Source: Candidatus Marinacidobacterales bacterium
Lineage (GTDB): Bacteria; Acidobacteriota; Vicinamibacteria; Marinacidobacterales; DATDRI01
Direction of reading: 5' to 3'
Length of the DNA stretch: 64,000 nucleotides
NCBI GenBank assembly: GCA_965219415.1
Contig: CBDCNP010000002.1
Location: 1,408,001-1,472,000 of the forward strand
The position numbers and the translations under genes are program-made. A model generated the notes under the pieces. The model was not told where the DNA came from. It did not search any database and was given only the letters and a program-made list of their open reading frames with translations. Shown piece after piece: positions 20,491 through 32,054 of the stretch. Every line of letters starts with the position of its first letter. Positions within the stretch are counted from its first letter, which is position 1.

Positions 20491-22343
20491 CCAGGCTGGC
20501 GGCGCGACTCTTTCTGCTGTCAAGCATCGTTTCCAGTTGCGCGTCACCTCTCCCGTCACCTCCGGCACCGGTTCTCTTCGCTCGGCAAGTCGACGAGGCG
20601 GAAAAAAACTACGATCAGAATCTCTTTCTTTCCTATCGCAAGGACGGCCTCCTTTCTGCTCCGGTAACGCTCGGGAAAGAGACACGGCTCTCCCTGACAC
20701 CCCCGTTGCCCTCACGTCTCACCTTCACCGTCCAGGTTCCGACCGAGGCTCTCCTCGAGTTCTCGATCGGTGTCTCCACACTTGGGGAAGAGACTTTCAG
20801 CAACCCCGTCCAATTCGCAATCTACGTAGACGAGGAGGTTCGCTTCGAGCAGGCGGTTCGGCGCGGCCAACCGAACGCCTGGCTCCAGCAAACCGTAGAC
20901 CTGTCGGAATGGGCGGGAAAAACGATTCGACTCGGATTCGAAACCGTTGCACGCGGGATGAGTCCCGAGGGCGTAGGCAGAGCGTTTCTTCCCGCTTGGG
21001 GGAATCCCGTGCTGAGCGGCTCCCCGCCAGACATTTCAAACATGTCGGGCAAGGAGAGAGCGAATCTCGTCCTGATCTCAGTAGATTGCCTGAGGGCGGA
21101 CCACGTAAGTGCCTACGGATACGAGAGGACTACCACCCCCAACATCGATCGATTCGCCACCGACGGAGTCCTCTTTCGAAACGCGGCGAGCGTTTCCTCC
21201 TGGACGCTACCGACCCATATGTCCATGATGACCGGCCTGATGCCCTCCCTCCACGGAGCCAGTCGGGCGTATAAGCTCAGCTCGTCCGTTCCCTACCTTC
21301 CCGAGATACTCGCTGAGAACGGGTACCAGACGCTCGGCGTCGCTTCGGGAGGCTACGTATCGCCGGCTTGGGGTTTCGAGCGAGGCTTCGATGTCTACCG
21401 CATGCTGACCGATCGCCGCGCCCGCGAGGTCGTCGATGCCGCGCTCCAGCTGGGCACTGCTTCAAGGGCTTCACGAACGTCGAGACAATTCTTGTTCGTA
21501 CACCTATTCGATGCCCACTGGCCGTATCTTCCGCCGAGCGAGTTCTTGGATCGGTTCGCCCCGCGCCCCCCGGACATCTCCGATATCATGCCCAAAGTGA
21601 TCCACCGGAAGCCACCTACCGGACCCGAGGAGATCCAGCACTTCGTGAACCTCTATGACGGGGAGATCGCGTACCTCGATCAGGAGTTGGGAAGATTCTT
21701 CTCGGGCCTGAAAGAGGCAGGGCTCTACGACCGATCTCTGATCGTCCTCACCGCCGACCATGGAGAGTCATTCTACGAACACGACGTCTGGCAGCACAGC
21801 GAATCGCTGTTCGAGGAAGTGACCCACATCCCGTTGATCGTGAAATGGCCACGCAACTCTATCACTGGTGATGTGGAGAGCTTGGTGAGTCAGCTCAACA
21901 TCTTCCCGACGATTCTCGAACAATCGGAGCTCGTTCCTCCTTACGACTATCTACCGCTCGGTCGATTCCTGGGTGACAGTCCGGCCCCGCCCGTACACGC
22001 CTTGAGCGAGATCACGTGGGATGCCAAAGAGGGCCAGGGAGCCGCCATGAGGATTGCGGTAAAGAACGGCAGGCTCAAATACATGCTGACCCTCGCCGGG
22101 GAGATCGGAGACGAGCGGTTCGTCTCGGAAGTCGTGAAGGAGGAGCTCTACGATCTAACGAAAGACCGCGAAGAGCAGATGAACCTCCTCCCGGACGCCG
22201 CGTCTGACATCGGTGCGTTACGCCGCGACGCCCGGGAGCTGCTCGAAAGAGCGAGAGCCCTCCAAGCAAATCGAGGTGGCCAGGAAGTGATCCTGGACGA
22301 GGAGCTGACCGAGCATCTCAAGGCCCTGGGGTACATCAATTAG
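20487..22343 (+). CDS. Sulfatase-fold lipoprotein, Thr type, paralog 3
   Basis: MTRLAARLFLLSSIVSSC signal and lipobox; SVDCLRADH, SWTLPTH, TADHGE and LKALGY. Confidence 0.88.
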   Translation: MTRLAARLFLLSSIVSSCASPLPSPPAPVLFARQVDEAEKNYDQNLFLSYRKDGLLSAPVTLGKETRLSLTPPLPSRLTFTVQVPTEALLEFSIGVSTLGEETFSNPVQFAIYVDEEVRFEQAVRRGQPNAWLQQTVDLSEWAGKTIRLGFETVARGMSPEGVGRAFLPAWGNPVLSGSPPDISNMSGKERANLVLISVDCLRADHVSAYGYERTTTPNIDRFATDGVLFRNAASVSSWTLPTHMSMMTGLMPSLHGASRAYKLSSSVPYLPEILAENGYQTLGVASGGYVSPAWGFERGFDVYRMLTDRRAREVVDAALQLGTASRASRTSRQFLFVHLFDAHWPYLPPSEFLDRFAPRPPDISDIMPKVIHRKPPTGPEEIQHFVNLYDGEIAYLDQELGRFFSGLKEAGLYDRSLIVLTADHGESFYEHDVWQHSESLFEEVTHIPLIVKWPRNSITGDVESLVSQLNIFPTILEQSELVPPYDYLPLGRFLGDSPAPPVHALSEITWDAKEGQGAAMRIAVKNGRLKYMLTLAGEIGDERFVSEVVKEELYDLTKDREEQMNLLPDAASDIGALRRDARELLERARALQANRGGQEVILDEELTEHLKALGYIN

Positions 22344-22354
22344 GCCCATCCAGC

Positions 22355-23953
22355 ATGATCGTTTTGCGACGACTCTCTCGAATCCCCATCGTTTTGGTTT
22401 CCCTTCTCGCCCACGCCTGCTCACAACCCGCTTCCGAAAAAACGACTAGCTACCCTTTCGTCGACAATGTGGATCAGGCAGAAGCCACCTTCGATCGCGT
22501 TCAGTTCCGCTCGGCTCGCAAGGACGCTCGACTTTCGTCCCCGGTTACGCTGGGCGGCGAGACCCAGTCGTCCCTAACGCCGCCCCTTCCCTCCCGGCTG
22601 GCCTACGAGGTCGAGATACCCTCCGACCCGACCCTTCTCTTTTCCATTGGGGCTAGCCCCTTGGGCGAAGGTCCCCTCGCCGCGAAAGTCGACTTCCTCG
22701 TCTATGTAGACTCCGGGGCGGGCGAAGAGCTTGTTTTCTCGGAAACCCTCGAGCGTCACCAGCCGAACGAGTGGAGGGAGGCGGCAGCCGACTTGCACCC
22801 CTGGTCGGGAGAGACGGTGAAGCTCGTCTTCGAGACCAAGCCGCGCCTCGAGGAGCTTCCGTCGGTGCAAGTCCCGATCTTGGCGGCTTGGGGGAATCCA
22901 GTGCTCGCGAGCACCGCTGCCGAACCGGAGCGACCGAACCTCATCCTCATATCCATCGACTGCCTTCGCCCCGACCACATGGGCGCCTACGGCTACCAGC
23001 GTGACACCACGCCCAACATCGACCGTTTCGCCGAAGACGGTGTCGTGTTCGAGACCGCGGCGGCCACGTCGTCGCAGAGTCATTTCTTATTCATGCACTT
23101 GTTGGATCCGCATTGGCCGTATCTTCCGCCGCGCGAGTTCATCGAGCGGTTCGGCGCCCGCCCGAGGGACATCTCCGACCTACAGGACCTAATCGCTCAC
23201 TCCAAGCCTCCACCTAGCGACAGGGAAACCCAGGAGATCATTCAGCTCTACGATGGCGAAATTGCGTATACCGACCAAGAGCTGGGACGTTTCTTCGCGG
23301 AGCTCAAGATGCTCGGACTCTACGAGGATTCGATGATCATCGTCACCGCCGACCATGGGGAAGCTTTCTACGAGCATGGTCACTGGCAACACAGCCAAAC
23401 CCTATACGACGAAGTCGTTCGGATTCCCCTGATCGTCAAATGGCCGGGCGGTGGGGCCGGCTCGCGCGTCGCGAGCCTGGTGAGTCAGGTGGACATCTTC
23501 CCGTCCTTACTCGAAGCGGCCGGAATCGAACCGCCGCCGACCGAGGCGGTGGACCTTACACTGGTGATCGATGGAGACGCGGACCCGGAGGGCCGAACCG
23601 CGATCAGTGAGGTGACGTGGAGGTCACCTCGGGAAACATCTATGAAGATTGCGTTTCGGACGGCGAGCTCGAAGTTCGTCGTCACCCTCTCGGGCCCGTC
23701 TTCGTTGGACGGGGGCGATGACCTCGGTGTGTCCGAGGTCGAAGACGAGGAGCTTTATGATCTCTTGAAGGATCCCCGCGAACAGAACAACCTGCTCACC
23801 AAGACTTCGCGGGATCTTGGTGAGTTTCATAGTAGGATGCGCTCCTTTCTGGACACCGCGCGAGGGATCCGAACCACCCGCCAAGGGCAGCAAGTCGAGC
23901 TAGATGAGGAAGTACTGGAACGGTTGCGCTCACTTGGGTACGTCGACCACTAG
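22355..23953 (+). CDS. Sulfatase-fold lipoprotein, paralog 4, with an in-frame ~90-aa deletion of the catalytic segment
   Basis: AHAC lipobox. SIDCLRPDH...ATSS joins directly to QSHFLFMH, so WTLPxH...GFxRGF is absent; ends RLRSLGY. Confidence 0.82.
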   Translation: MIVLRRLSRIPIVLVSLLAHACSQPASEKTTSYPFVDNVDQAEATFDRVQFRSARKDARLSSPVTLGGETQSSLTPPLPSRLAYEVEIPSDPTLLFSIGASPLGEGPLAAKVDFLVYVDSGAGEELVFSETLERHQPNEWREAAADLHPWSGETVKLVFETKPRLEELPSVQVPILAAWGNPVLASTAAEPERPNLILISIDCLRPDHMGAYGYQRDTTPNIDRFAEDGVVFETAAATSSQSHFLFMHLLDPHWPYLPPREFIERFGARPRDISDLQDLIAHSKPPPSDRETQEIIQLYDGEIAYTDQELGRFFAELKMLGLYEDSMIIVTADHGEAFYEHGHWQHSQTLYDEVVRIPLIVKWPGGGAGSRVASLVSQVDIFPSLLEAAGIEPPPTEAVDLTLVIDGDADPEGRTAISEVTWRSPRETSMKIAFRTASSKFVVTLSGPSSLDGGDDLGVSEVEDEELYDLLKDPREQNNLLTKTSRDLGEFHSRMRSFLDTARGIRTTRQGQQVELDEEVLERLRSLGYVDH

Positions 23954-24168
23954 ACCACCAGATTTAGCCCATGGGGATTGCAAATTGATACGGGATTTCC
24001 CCTACAAGACTTTGGACCTAGCCTTCCAATTTTTGACTCGCATCAACGGACTCCGGGGTACACATCTACCCGTATATATCTGAACAGTGATGAGTTATGC
24101 TGCCGATCTCCGTTCCACCTTGCGGGACTTCCGGCGAGGTGATAACCTGTTGTCCTAGCCTTTTAAAA

Positions 24169-25135
24169 GGGGAATTATATACAGTAGTGACGAAAACCCC
24201 TTGATGTGGTCGGCTGGATCGCCTGACCTACAAAATTACTCGCGGCGTGTGGCACCGCCTGAAAGCAACGCTTCAGCCACCTCTAGCGGCGTAGCATTAA
24301 TGCTCATGTCGGCCTCAAGCTCAGCCTTGATGGCCTGGGGGTGCTCACGAATACCGATTCGGAGGTTGCAAGTTTCAAGATATCAAGTCTTTGTAGCGTA
24401 GCCTCTTCCCGCTCATGCCTCGCACCATGGCTTCCATCTGGTCGATGGTATCGGATTCTCGGATATTGTGGCGTCGCTCGAACTCGCTAACGTACCTGCC
24501 CAGGCGCTTCGGGCTAATCCGGCGGTACGTGCCATAGTAACCCCTTTTGAGCAAGGCCCAAAAGGACTCAATCCCGTTCGTGTGGGCCTGCCCGTTGACG
24601 TATTCCTTCACTGAGTGGCGGACGGTCTGGTGGTTCGGCAGCCCGAAGTATCCGCCGTGGTCGTCGGTGTAGACGCGAGCGCCGGGCTCGATTTCCTGGA
24701 AGATGAAGCCATGGAGGGTCGGCTGGTCGACGTTCTCAACGACAGCGGCACTCACGCGGTTCGTCTTGCGGTCCTTCGCTCCGATAACGGCGGTCTTACC
24801 TACGGTGCCGCGGCCCGCGTTCAGCTTCTTACGGGCGTGCTTGTTCTTCTCTTTGCCGCCGATGAAAGTCTCGTCCACTTCGACGGGGCCTGAGAATGGC
24901 GACTGCTTCCGCTTCATCGCCTCGCGGATGCGGTGAGATAGATGCCATGCTGACTTTTGCGTGATCTCCAGGTCGCGGTGGAGTTTCATGCTGGAGACGC
25001 CCTTGAGGTTTGTAGTCAGAAGGTATATTGCGATCGCCCACTTCTTGTAGCCTACGTTTGAAGCCTGCATGGGGGTTCCGGTGCGGACGCTGAATCTCTT
25101 TGCGCACTCCCGCTCTCGGCAGAGGTATGGCATGG
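24169..25135 (-). mobile_element. IS1595-family element, partial (one end missing)
   Basis: Terminus-like GGGGAATTATATACAGTAG next to AT-rich TTTTAAAA, plus the transposase; no matching second end found. Confidence 0.8.
24375..25133 (-). CDS. IS1595-family (ISXO2-like) transposase, N-terminally truncated
   Basis: CRERECAKRFSVRTGT, KGVSSMKL, VEVDETFIGG, VYTDD and HTNGIESFW; the first zinc-ribbon CxxC is missing. Confidence 0.9.
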   Translation of the reverse strand: MPYLCRERECAKRFSVRTGTPMQASNVGYKKWAIAIYLLTTNLKGVSSMKLHRDLEITQKSAWHLSHRIREAMKRKQSPFSGPVEVDETFIGGKEKNKHARKKLNAGRGTVGKTAVIGAKDRKTNRVSAAVVENVDQPTLHGFIFQEIEPGARVYTDDHGGYFGLPNHQTVRHSVKEYVNGQAHTNGIESFWALLKRGYYGTYRRISPKRLGRYVSEFERRHNIRESDTIDQMEAMVRGMSGKRLRYKDLIS

Positions 25136-25166
25136 TAAGCGGAGCATCCACTTCTGTTTTTTCGCG

Positions 25167-28100
25167 ATGATTCTTGTGGCTCAACACGTGAGCCTGGGGA
25201 GCTTGTTCGCACAGGAGCTTCCTCCCGGACTAATCCTCAACCCGACGGGCTCCCAAAAATCTTCCGGTGTTGCATGGAACTCGATACGTAAAGAGTACAT
25301 GCTGATTTTTCACGGCAACGATGTACGCGTGAGACGCATGGATACGGACGGAATCCTCCTCGGCAGCAACAACATCAGTATTTCGGGCAATGTTGGGTAT
25401 CAACTCCGTCGGGATCGAATACAACCCAGTAGAAGACGGCTACATCGCCGGGTACCGAGATAGCAACGATGATATCTACATTCGGCACTTATCGTGGGAC
25501 GGTCAACCCCTTAGCGGTCCCTTCTTCGTAGGAAGCGGTGGATCGTTCGGCGGCGGCGGCGGCGGTGCCCTAAGCGTGACCAGTCAAAGGGTTCTGATCG
25601 TCTGGAGAAAGGGCCCGGCGCCCGTCAAGGTCAAGTACGCGCTCATGGACGCCGATCCAACTACTGCCAATCCGCGACTTGCCACGGGCACCCTTGTAAC
25701 CGGAGACGGACCGGCGGTCGACTGGAACCCCAACCAACGACACATTCTTAGTTGCTTATGTGGTTGATGGAGGAGCCGCCAAAGAGGAGGTCAGCGGGAA
25801 GATTCTGAGCATCGTCAACGACAACGTTAGTGGTGGCGGAAATTTTGCTATTGCTCACGGCAATAAGTCCCAAACGAAACCCGAGGTCGCCTACTCGTCC
25901 TCCACTAATAGCTTCCTCGTCACCCTGGAAGACCGTCGCAACAACGCCTCCCAAAACGCCAACGTGACCGGCCAGCTGGTCAGCGCAACAGGAAGCAAGA
26001 TCGGAGGCCGATTCAACATCGTCGCCAATGGCTCCAATATATGGGATGTCCCGGGCCCCATCGATTACAGCTAAGTCACCGGGAAGTTCATCGTTACCGC
26101 CTTTTATGCCACCAAGGGTGTGGCGGTAGAGGTCGACCCTGAGACTGCAGCGGTCGGACCTGAAATCGTCTTTGGGTTCAAACCAACACAACCCGGTTGG
26201 CATCACGACGAATGACGACCCTGGTGACCCGCAGGCGGTCGTCATGTCAAAAGTCAACTTGGGAGGGGATGGCGTCCATGTCCACATCATCGATCTCCCC
26301 ACGGCGCCGCCGACCTTTACCACCAACAATACGGTGGACGGTTTCTTCGGCGTTCCTTACCTGGAGATGCTTCCGGTGGCGGGCGGGACACCGCCTCTCT
26401 TTTTCGAGAAGCTGAGCGGTAGCTACGCACCAGGAATCACCATTTTGAACAGCGCGACCGGTGAGGTCTCGGGCACGCCGACAACGCTCGGTTCTTTTGG
26501 TCCGATCCGATTCAAAGTGACGGACGACGAAGGCCGAACAGCGGAGGCCGACCTGTTTCACAACATCAAGCTGGGCGTGCCTCTTCTCTTGTCGCCCGTT
26601 GCTGGAGCCACTTCCGACACCACGCCGATAATCGACTGGGGCTCCGTGCCCGGCGCCACCAGCTACCGGTTGGTAGTGGAGAACATTACCAGCGGAGGCA
26701 CCCCAATCGACGTAGACATCAATAGCCCGACGACCTTCTTCATACCAGGGACAGCGTTACCGTCGGGTAGTCTGTACCAGTGGAAGGTTCAGGCCAAGGA
26801 CGGAGGCACCGTAGGCGCTTTTTCGAACTACGCGACGTTCGAGATCGACACACTGATCCCGCCCCCGGTGGCGCTCCAGGCAGCCGTTCCCTCGGGCATC
26901 TCGGTGATCCCGGGTCTCACCGTTATCAGCGCCTCCAGCGAATGGACCAGCAACGGAGGCGCCAAAGAGAACATCGTCGATGGTGACATCGACACCAAGT
27001 GGCAGAGTACTTCCAAGAACAGCGTCACCACCGAGTTCGTCACTATCGACCTCGGAGGCACGTTCCCGGTGGCCCAGTTCCGCCTCCATATGCCGAACAA
27101 TTCGAACGTGGCGATGTTCCCGAAGGGTTTTTCGCTCCAAGTCAGCGATCAACCCGACGCGAACTTCACGACGGTACACACGGAAGCGAACTTCGTCGCG
27201 CAACAGGGTATGTGGTACGACTTCGATGCAGCTCCGGTCGTGTCCGGCCGATATGTGAGGATCTGGATCACCGACACGAACTTCTACGTCAACAAGTTTC
27301 CGCACAATGCTCTGATCGCAGAAGTCGAGGTGCTGGCAGACAACCCGGTCTTTGGGACCATATCGTTTAGCTGGGAAGCTCCCACCGACGACGCCGGCGG
27401 CGGCACGGAGCCGGTGGCTGCCTACGACCTTCGTATCATGGAAGGCGGCCCCGGGGTGTACAACTACTTTTCGGCCCAAGCCTTGATCATCGAGACAAAT
27501 GAACCCATTCCGGTACTCAACGCGACCCAAACATTTCTTGTTGAGGGTTTGAACGACGAGACGCTCCACACCGCAGCACTCACGAGCGTCGATGATGCGG
27601 GTAACCGCTCGGCCCTGTCCAACTTCGTGACCATCGCGACGCGAGGGATTCCACCGGCCGCCATCACGAGTCTGCGCGCATTCGGTCCTACCAAGACGAG
27701 CATGGAGTTGGATTGGGACGCTCCGACCGAAGACGGTCCTGCCGGCGGGAAGGTCACGTCGTATGAGGTGCGCTATTCGGAATCTCCCATTACGACCTCA
27801 AACCTCGGCGAGTTGGTGACGGACGAGACGCCCCCCACCCCCGCAAACCCCGGGACGACTCAGTCGATGACGGTCAATAATCTCGACCCGACGACGCACT
27901 ACTACTTCTCAATCATCAGCCGGGACGATGCATTGCAGCCATCGCCCCTTTCCAACATCGCGGAATTGGCGACACTCGATGACACTCCGCCGGCAGCGAT
28001 CACCGACTTACTGGGTATTTCTGGAGGAGGAGTGTTCACCGAGATCACGTCCCTGACCGCGGTCAACTCCTCGGGATTCATACCCGGTTTCAATGAAAAA

Positions 28101-29879
28101 CAAGGCGGTAGACGACGATGGGAGCACCTATTGGTCTTCCCCGGGTGTCAAGCCAACGCGGATCGAGTACCATCACGGTCGACAACGGGTCGCCAGTCGA
28201 TGTGGGGCGCGTACGTCTTCTCTCGAGCACGCAAAGTTCGCTCCTTTTCGCGAAGTCTTTCGAGATTCTGGTGGGTAATGATCCGAACAACAACTTCACC
28301 ACCGGCCTAACGGTCTCGAATTTCGTGGCCGAATCCGCTACCTGGTACTCTTTTGACCTTCCGGTTCCCATCAATGGTCGCTACGTGAGAATACGCATCA
28401 CCGAGATGAATGCGTACACCAACTCCAAGTTCTATGCCCAATTCAGTGAAATCGAGGTCTTCAAGCTGGACGCGGTGGCCGATGGTGTCATGCTTCTATG
28501 GACGGCTCCCGGAAACAATGGGAACCAAGGGCAAGCCACCAAGTACCACGTCAAGTACGCGTCCACCGAGATCTTGAACGACAATGACTTCAATAACGCG
28601 ACGGCGGTTCCCGACGGAATGGTCCCTGCGCCTCAACCGGCCGGCTTTCCCGAGAGCTTGAACATCACCGGCTTGGGCCCGGAAGAAGTGATCTGGGCGG
28701 CCATCAAGGCTGAAGATGGCAACTCGAACGTTGGGCCTCTCTCCAATGTCGTCAAGGTGTCCACAGAGGGCATCAACCCGGGACCAGTAACCAACCTGCT
28801 GGTCTTGCCCGCCCAGGCCACCGGCAGCTCCATCAGGATCCAGTTCACGGAACCGCCCGATGATGCCGGCGACAATGGGTCCGGACCAGTCGATCATTAC
28901 CAAGTGGGATGCTCTACCGGCCCCATCAACGGCGTCGCTGATTTCCGACTACTCCCGTTCGCCGACCCCGGTCCTACACCTGTCGCTGCCGGCAATACCC
29001 TGCAGTTCGACATTCCCGGGCTGGCGAACCAAACCGCCTACAACTGCGCGGTTCGGGCGGTGGACGATGCCGACTTGTTTTCCGCTCTTGGCGCCGTGGT
29101 CTCGGGAAGCAACGATCGACGAATTGCCTCCCGCTCAAGTGTCGAATCTCAACGTGGACGTCGTCATCATGTCGCTGAACCTCAGTGTGGAGAACTCCTC
29201 TGGGGCTTTAACACCGGAGTCCAACGCGTTGGACGGCGACCCGGCAACTGCTTGGATCTCGCCCGGTGTCAAGCCCCACCGCGAGGAATGGCTCACGGTC
29301 GATCTGGGTTCGGTAGTCACGGTGGCCCAGGTGCGTTTGCAATCAAACAACCAGAGCCCCCTTCATTTCCCTAAGTCGTTCAAGATCCAAGTGGGCAACA
29401 ACCCGAACGGTCCGTTTACCGATGCGCTTATTGTCACCAACTTCGTGGCCACTCTCTCCACGTGGTACACCTTCAACGTGACTCCAACCTCGGGTCGTTA
29501 CGTCAGGATCCGTGCCACCGAGGTGAACGAGTATACGAACGGGAAGTTCTACGCATCGTTTGCCGAGGTAGAGGTGGCGGAGCAGGGAGGACCGGCTATC
29601 GAAGCCACGCTCACATGGACCGCTCCGGCCGACGATGGGTCGGTGGGCGGTCCCGCGACCTCTTACGAGATTCGCATGGCCACGTCGGTGATCAACGCAG
29701 GCAACTTCGGAGGAGCGAACTTGGTGGCCACCGGGCTGGTACCGCAGGCTCCCGGCTCACCGGAGGCCTTCGTCATCACCAGCGGCATCGTATCTGGACA
29801 AACCAACTGGTTCGCCATCGAGACCAAGGATGATGCCGGGCTCAGCTCGCTCAGCGTGATATCGGCCGCCGTACCCTAG
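25167..29879 (+). CDS. Large secreted surface protein (~1,570 aa: propeller-like repeats, Ig, FN3 and three F5/8C discoidin domains), broken by several frameshifts
   Basis: Six consecutive ORF-track fragments join into one protein. Signal-like N-terminus; GGTPP Ig-like repeat; repeated W[T/E/D]AP..D / Y..R FN3 motifs; three ID/VD.G...FPK.F...GRYVRI...E.EV discoidin domains. Confidence 0.8.
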
Positions 29880-29946
29880 GCGTCACAAGAACGCGCGGGC
29901 TCTTGCGGATTATCGTCCGCAAGAGCCTGCCCATTTCTTGGGCGAC

Positions 29947-31009
29947 TCACGATCCGATAGAACCTTCCATTTCGCCCACCAAACGACTCGCAAGGCGTTG
30001 GAGACTATGCTCTCGTCTCACCCTCTCAGAGAGTAGGTCCTGGTCCTCCTGGAGAACACTTCTCGCGCACTCCATCAACGACCTCAGCCGTGCGCGAACA
30101 CTCTCTACGCTGACGTCCTCGAGAAAAGTCCTCTCCAAGGTTCCCGCTAACAGATCTCTAAACGCCTCATTGCCGGTGAGAACCGTGCAGCCCACGGCCA
30201 GGGCTTCCAGGACCCCTTTATCCAGCGACCCAGTATCCGAAAGGTTGATGAACGCATCCGCTTGGCCGAGCAACCTCGGCATATCTCCGTGGGGTACCGC
30301 ACCATGCACTCGTACCCGGCCCCCAAAGGAGCGCGCCAGCTCGAGGACTCGGCCCTCGTAGGGCCGCTGCGAGTCAAGTGGAACGCCGCCGGCTAAATGC
30401 AGGGTCCAATCTCCTTCGAGGCCGGTGAGGGCTTCCAGAAGCACGTCGACCCCTCTTCACAGGCGACAGGCGCGACGCGGACAGCAACCGCAACGGCCCC
30501 TCTCGACCTTCAACCAGGTTCGGACGCCGAGAGAACCGCTCCATATCGATGCCGTGTCCCATTACTCTTTTCTTGAGGGAAGCCAAGCGGAACGAGGCGT
30601 CGCTGGCGGTGAAGCACAAGCGGGAGCACTTCTCCGCCAGTCTCAGCATCGCCGGGACGTGTCGGTGGGTGTACCAGGTGAATATGGGAACCCTTCCGAC
30701 GAACGCGAAGGGTGCGGAGATCACGGAGTACACCGGTGCCATGTGCGCTAGGACCGCATCGACTTTCCCACCGAGAATTTCTCGGCCTAAGTGACTCGCT
30801 AAGCGAAGCGTTTGCACCGGCTTCGAGGCCCGGTCCTCTTTGCCCAAGCTAATCACTCGAACGTTCTCGCCGATATCGAAAGACCGTGTTTCCAATGAGA
30901 CCACGACTAGCTCGTCCACCTCCCGGGAAAGCGCGCGTGCCCACTGGACGATGAACCCAAGGTTGGCATCATCTGGATCCAGCATTTGCACGAAAAAAAG
31001 CAATCGCAT
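29947..31009 (-). CDS. Glycosyltransferase family 4, frameshift near 30450
   Basis: GHGID, SRLSPVK and GSLDKGVLEALAVG. Confidence 0.88.
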
Positions 31010-31018
31010 GGTTCGTGC

Positions 31019-32041
31019 CTATGCCGCGACGTCCTTCTTTGTTGGGCTCGAGGACTTTCTCGTCACGCGATCAGGGCTGCGGCGCACGCGTCTCAACCGG
31101 TAGCGTAGCTCTTGAAGAAGACTCTCATGATGGCATTCGATGACCTTGGGCTTCACATGTACGTTGTCCGGCACGAAGGGATTCCCCCTCCAGGTCTGAA
31201 CGATCTCGTAGCTCGGAAAGTACATCACTTCGTCCGGCCGCGACTGAACAAAGCGAGAGATGGCCACCCGGAGCATCGACTTGTTGAGGAGGGAACGCAC
31301 AACGACATTTTCATCATAGAAGGTAGCCACCGATGGCACCGGGGATAGAGTCAGAAGGAGGCGGATCCGGGGACTAAATTTCTTCAGGAGCCTATGAAAG
31401 TTCTCCAGATAGCTCACGTTGTCCTCGACCGACAACTGCACGAGACGCGCCTCACCCGAGTCCACCAGCGGTGACGGTGGTCGTCGAGCATAGAAATGCC
31501 CGCTCGATTTGCTTTGCCAAAGCTCGTTCTGACCTACCGTCAGGATGAACAACTCGCATTGCTCGATGGCGGCTCTTGAAGCGGAGATATGCGCTCGAAC
31601 GTCTGTTTCGGCCTCTTCCAAGCCGCGGTACACGATCTTGTTCCTCCAGAGGTCAAAGTATTGCCCCTTGTACGGGTAGATTCTTTCCGGATGGAGCTCA
31701 CTGGAATCCGTGTAATCCAGGATCTGACTCGCGTTGGCACTCGCGTAGACTCGCTCCCAGGCGCAGGATGCATGCTGGCTCCAAGCGTTGTTCTCGGTCT
31801 GGACGTAGTTGTAGCCCCTATCGACGAGGTGCAGCTTGATCTCACGGGCAAAACAAGATCCCATGGATCCGACCGGCGTTTGCTTCTTCAAGATGAAGTC
31901 TTGCCGAGTGGGCGTCGAGAGAAACTCGGGCGTTAGTTTCGACCCTTCTGGATAAATCTGGTGAGTTCGGAGCGGCAGTGCATCCAGCGCTCCGCGTCGG
32001 AAGCGGTAAAACCTACGCCTTAACGAGTGTAAAGAACACAC
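31019..32041 (-). CDS. GSCFA domain protein (5' end hit by IS256; probable C-terminal frameshift)
   Basis: SMGSCFARE, FILTVG, LTLSPVP, KSMLR, YFPSYEIV and DNVHV. Confidence 0.9.
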   Translation of the reverse strand: MCSLHSLRRRFYRFRRGALDALPLRTHQIYPEGSKLTPEFLSTPTRQDFILKKQTPVGSMGSCFAREIKLHLVDRGYNYVQTENNAWSQHASCAWERVYASANASQILDYTDSSELHPERIYPYKGQYFDLWRNKIVYRGLEEAETDVRAHISASRAAIEQCELFILTVGQNELWQSKSSGHFYARRPPSPLVDSGEARLVQLSVEDNVSYLENFHRLLKKFSPRIRLLLTLSPVPSVATFYDENVVVRSLLNKSMLRVAISRFVQSRPDEVMYFPSYEIVQTWRGNPFVPDNVHVKPKVIECHHESLLQELRYRLRRVRRSPDRVTRKSSSPTKKDVAA

Positions 32042-32054
32042 AACAATCTTTTCT

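Noticed and set aside
20334-22343. The 669-aa ORF as one fusion protein
   Set aside because: Its first ~50 residues are the tail of paralog 2 joined through a one-base indel; a proper signal peptide starts at 20487.
15859-23953. Classical arylsulfatase cluster or polysaccharide utilisation locus
   Set aside because: No C/S-x-P-x-R motif, maturase, glycoside hydrolase or TonB-dependent receptor in the window.
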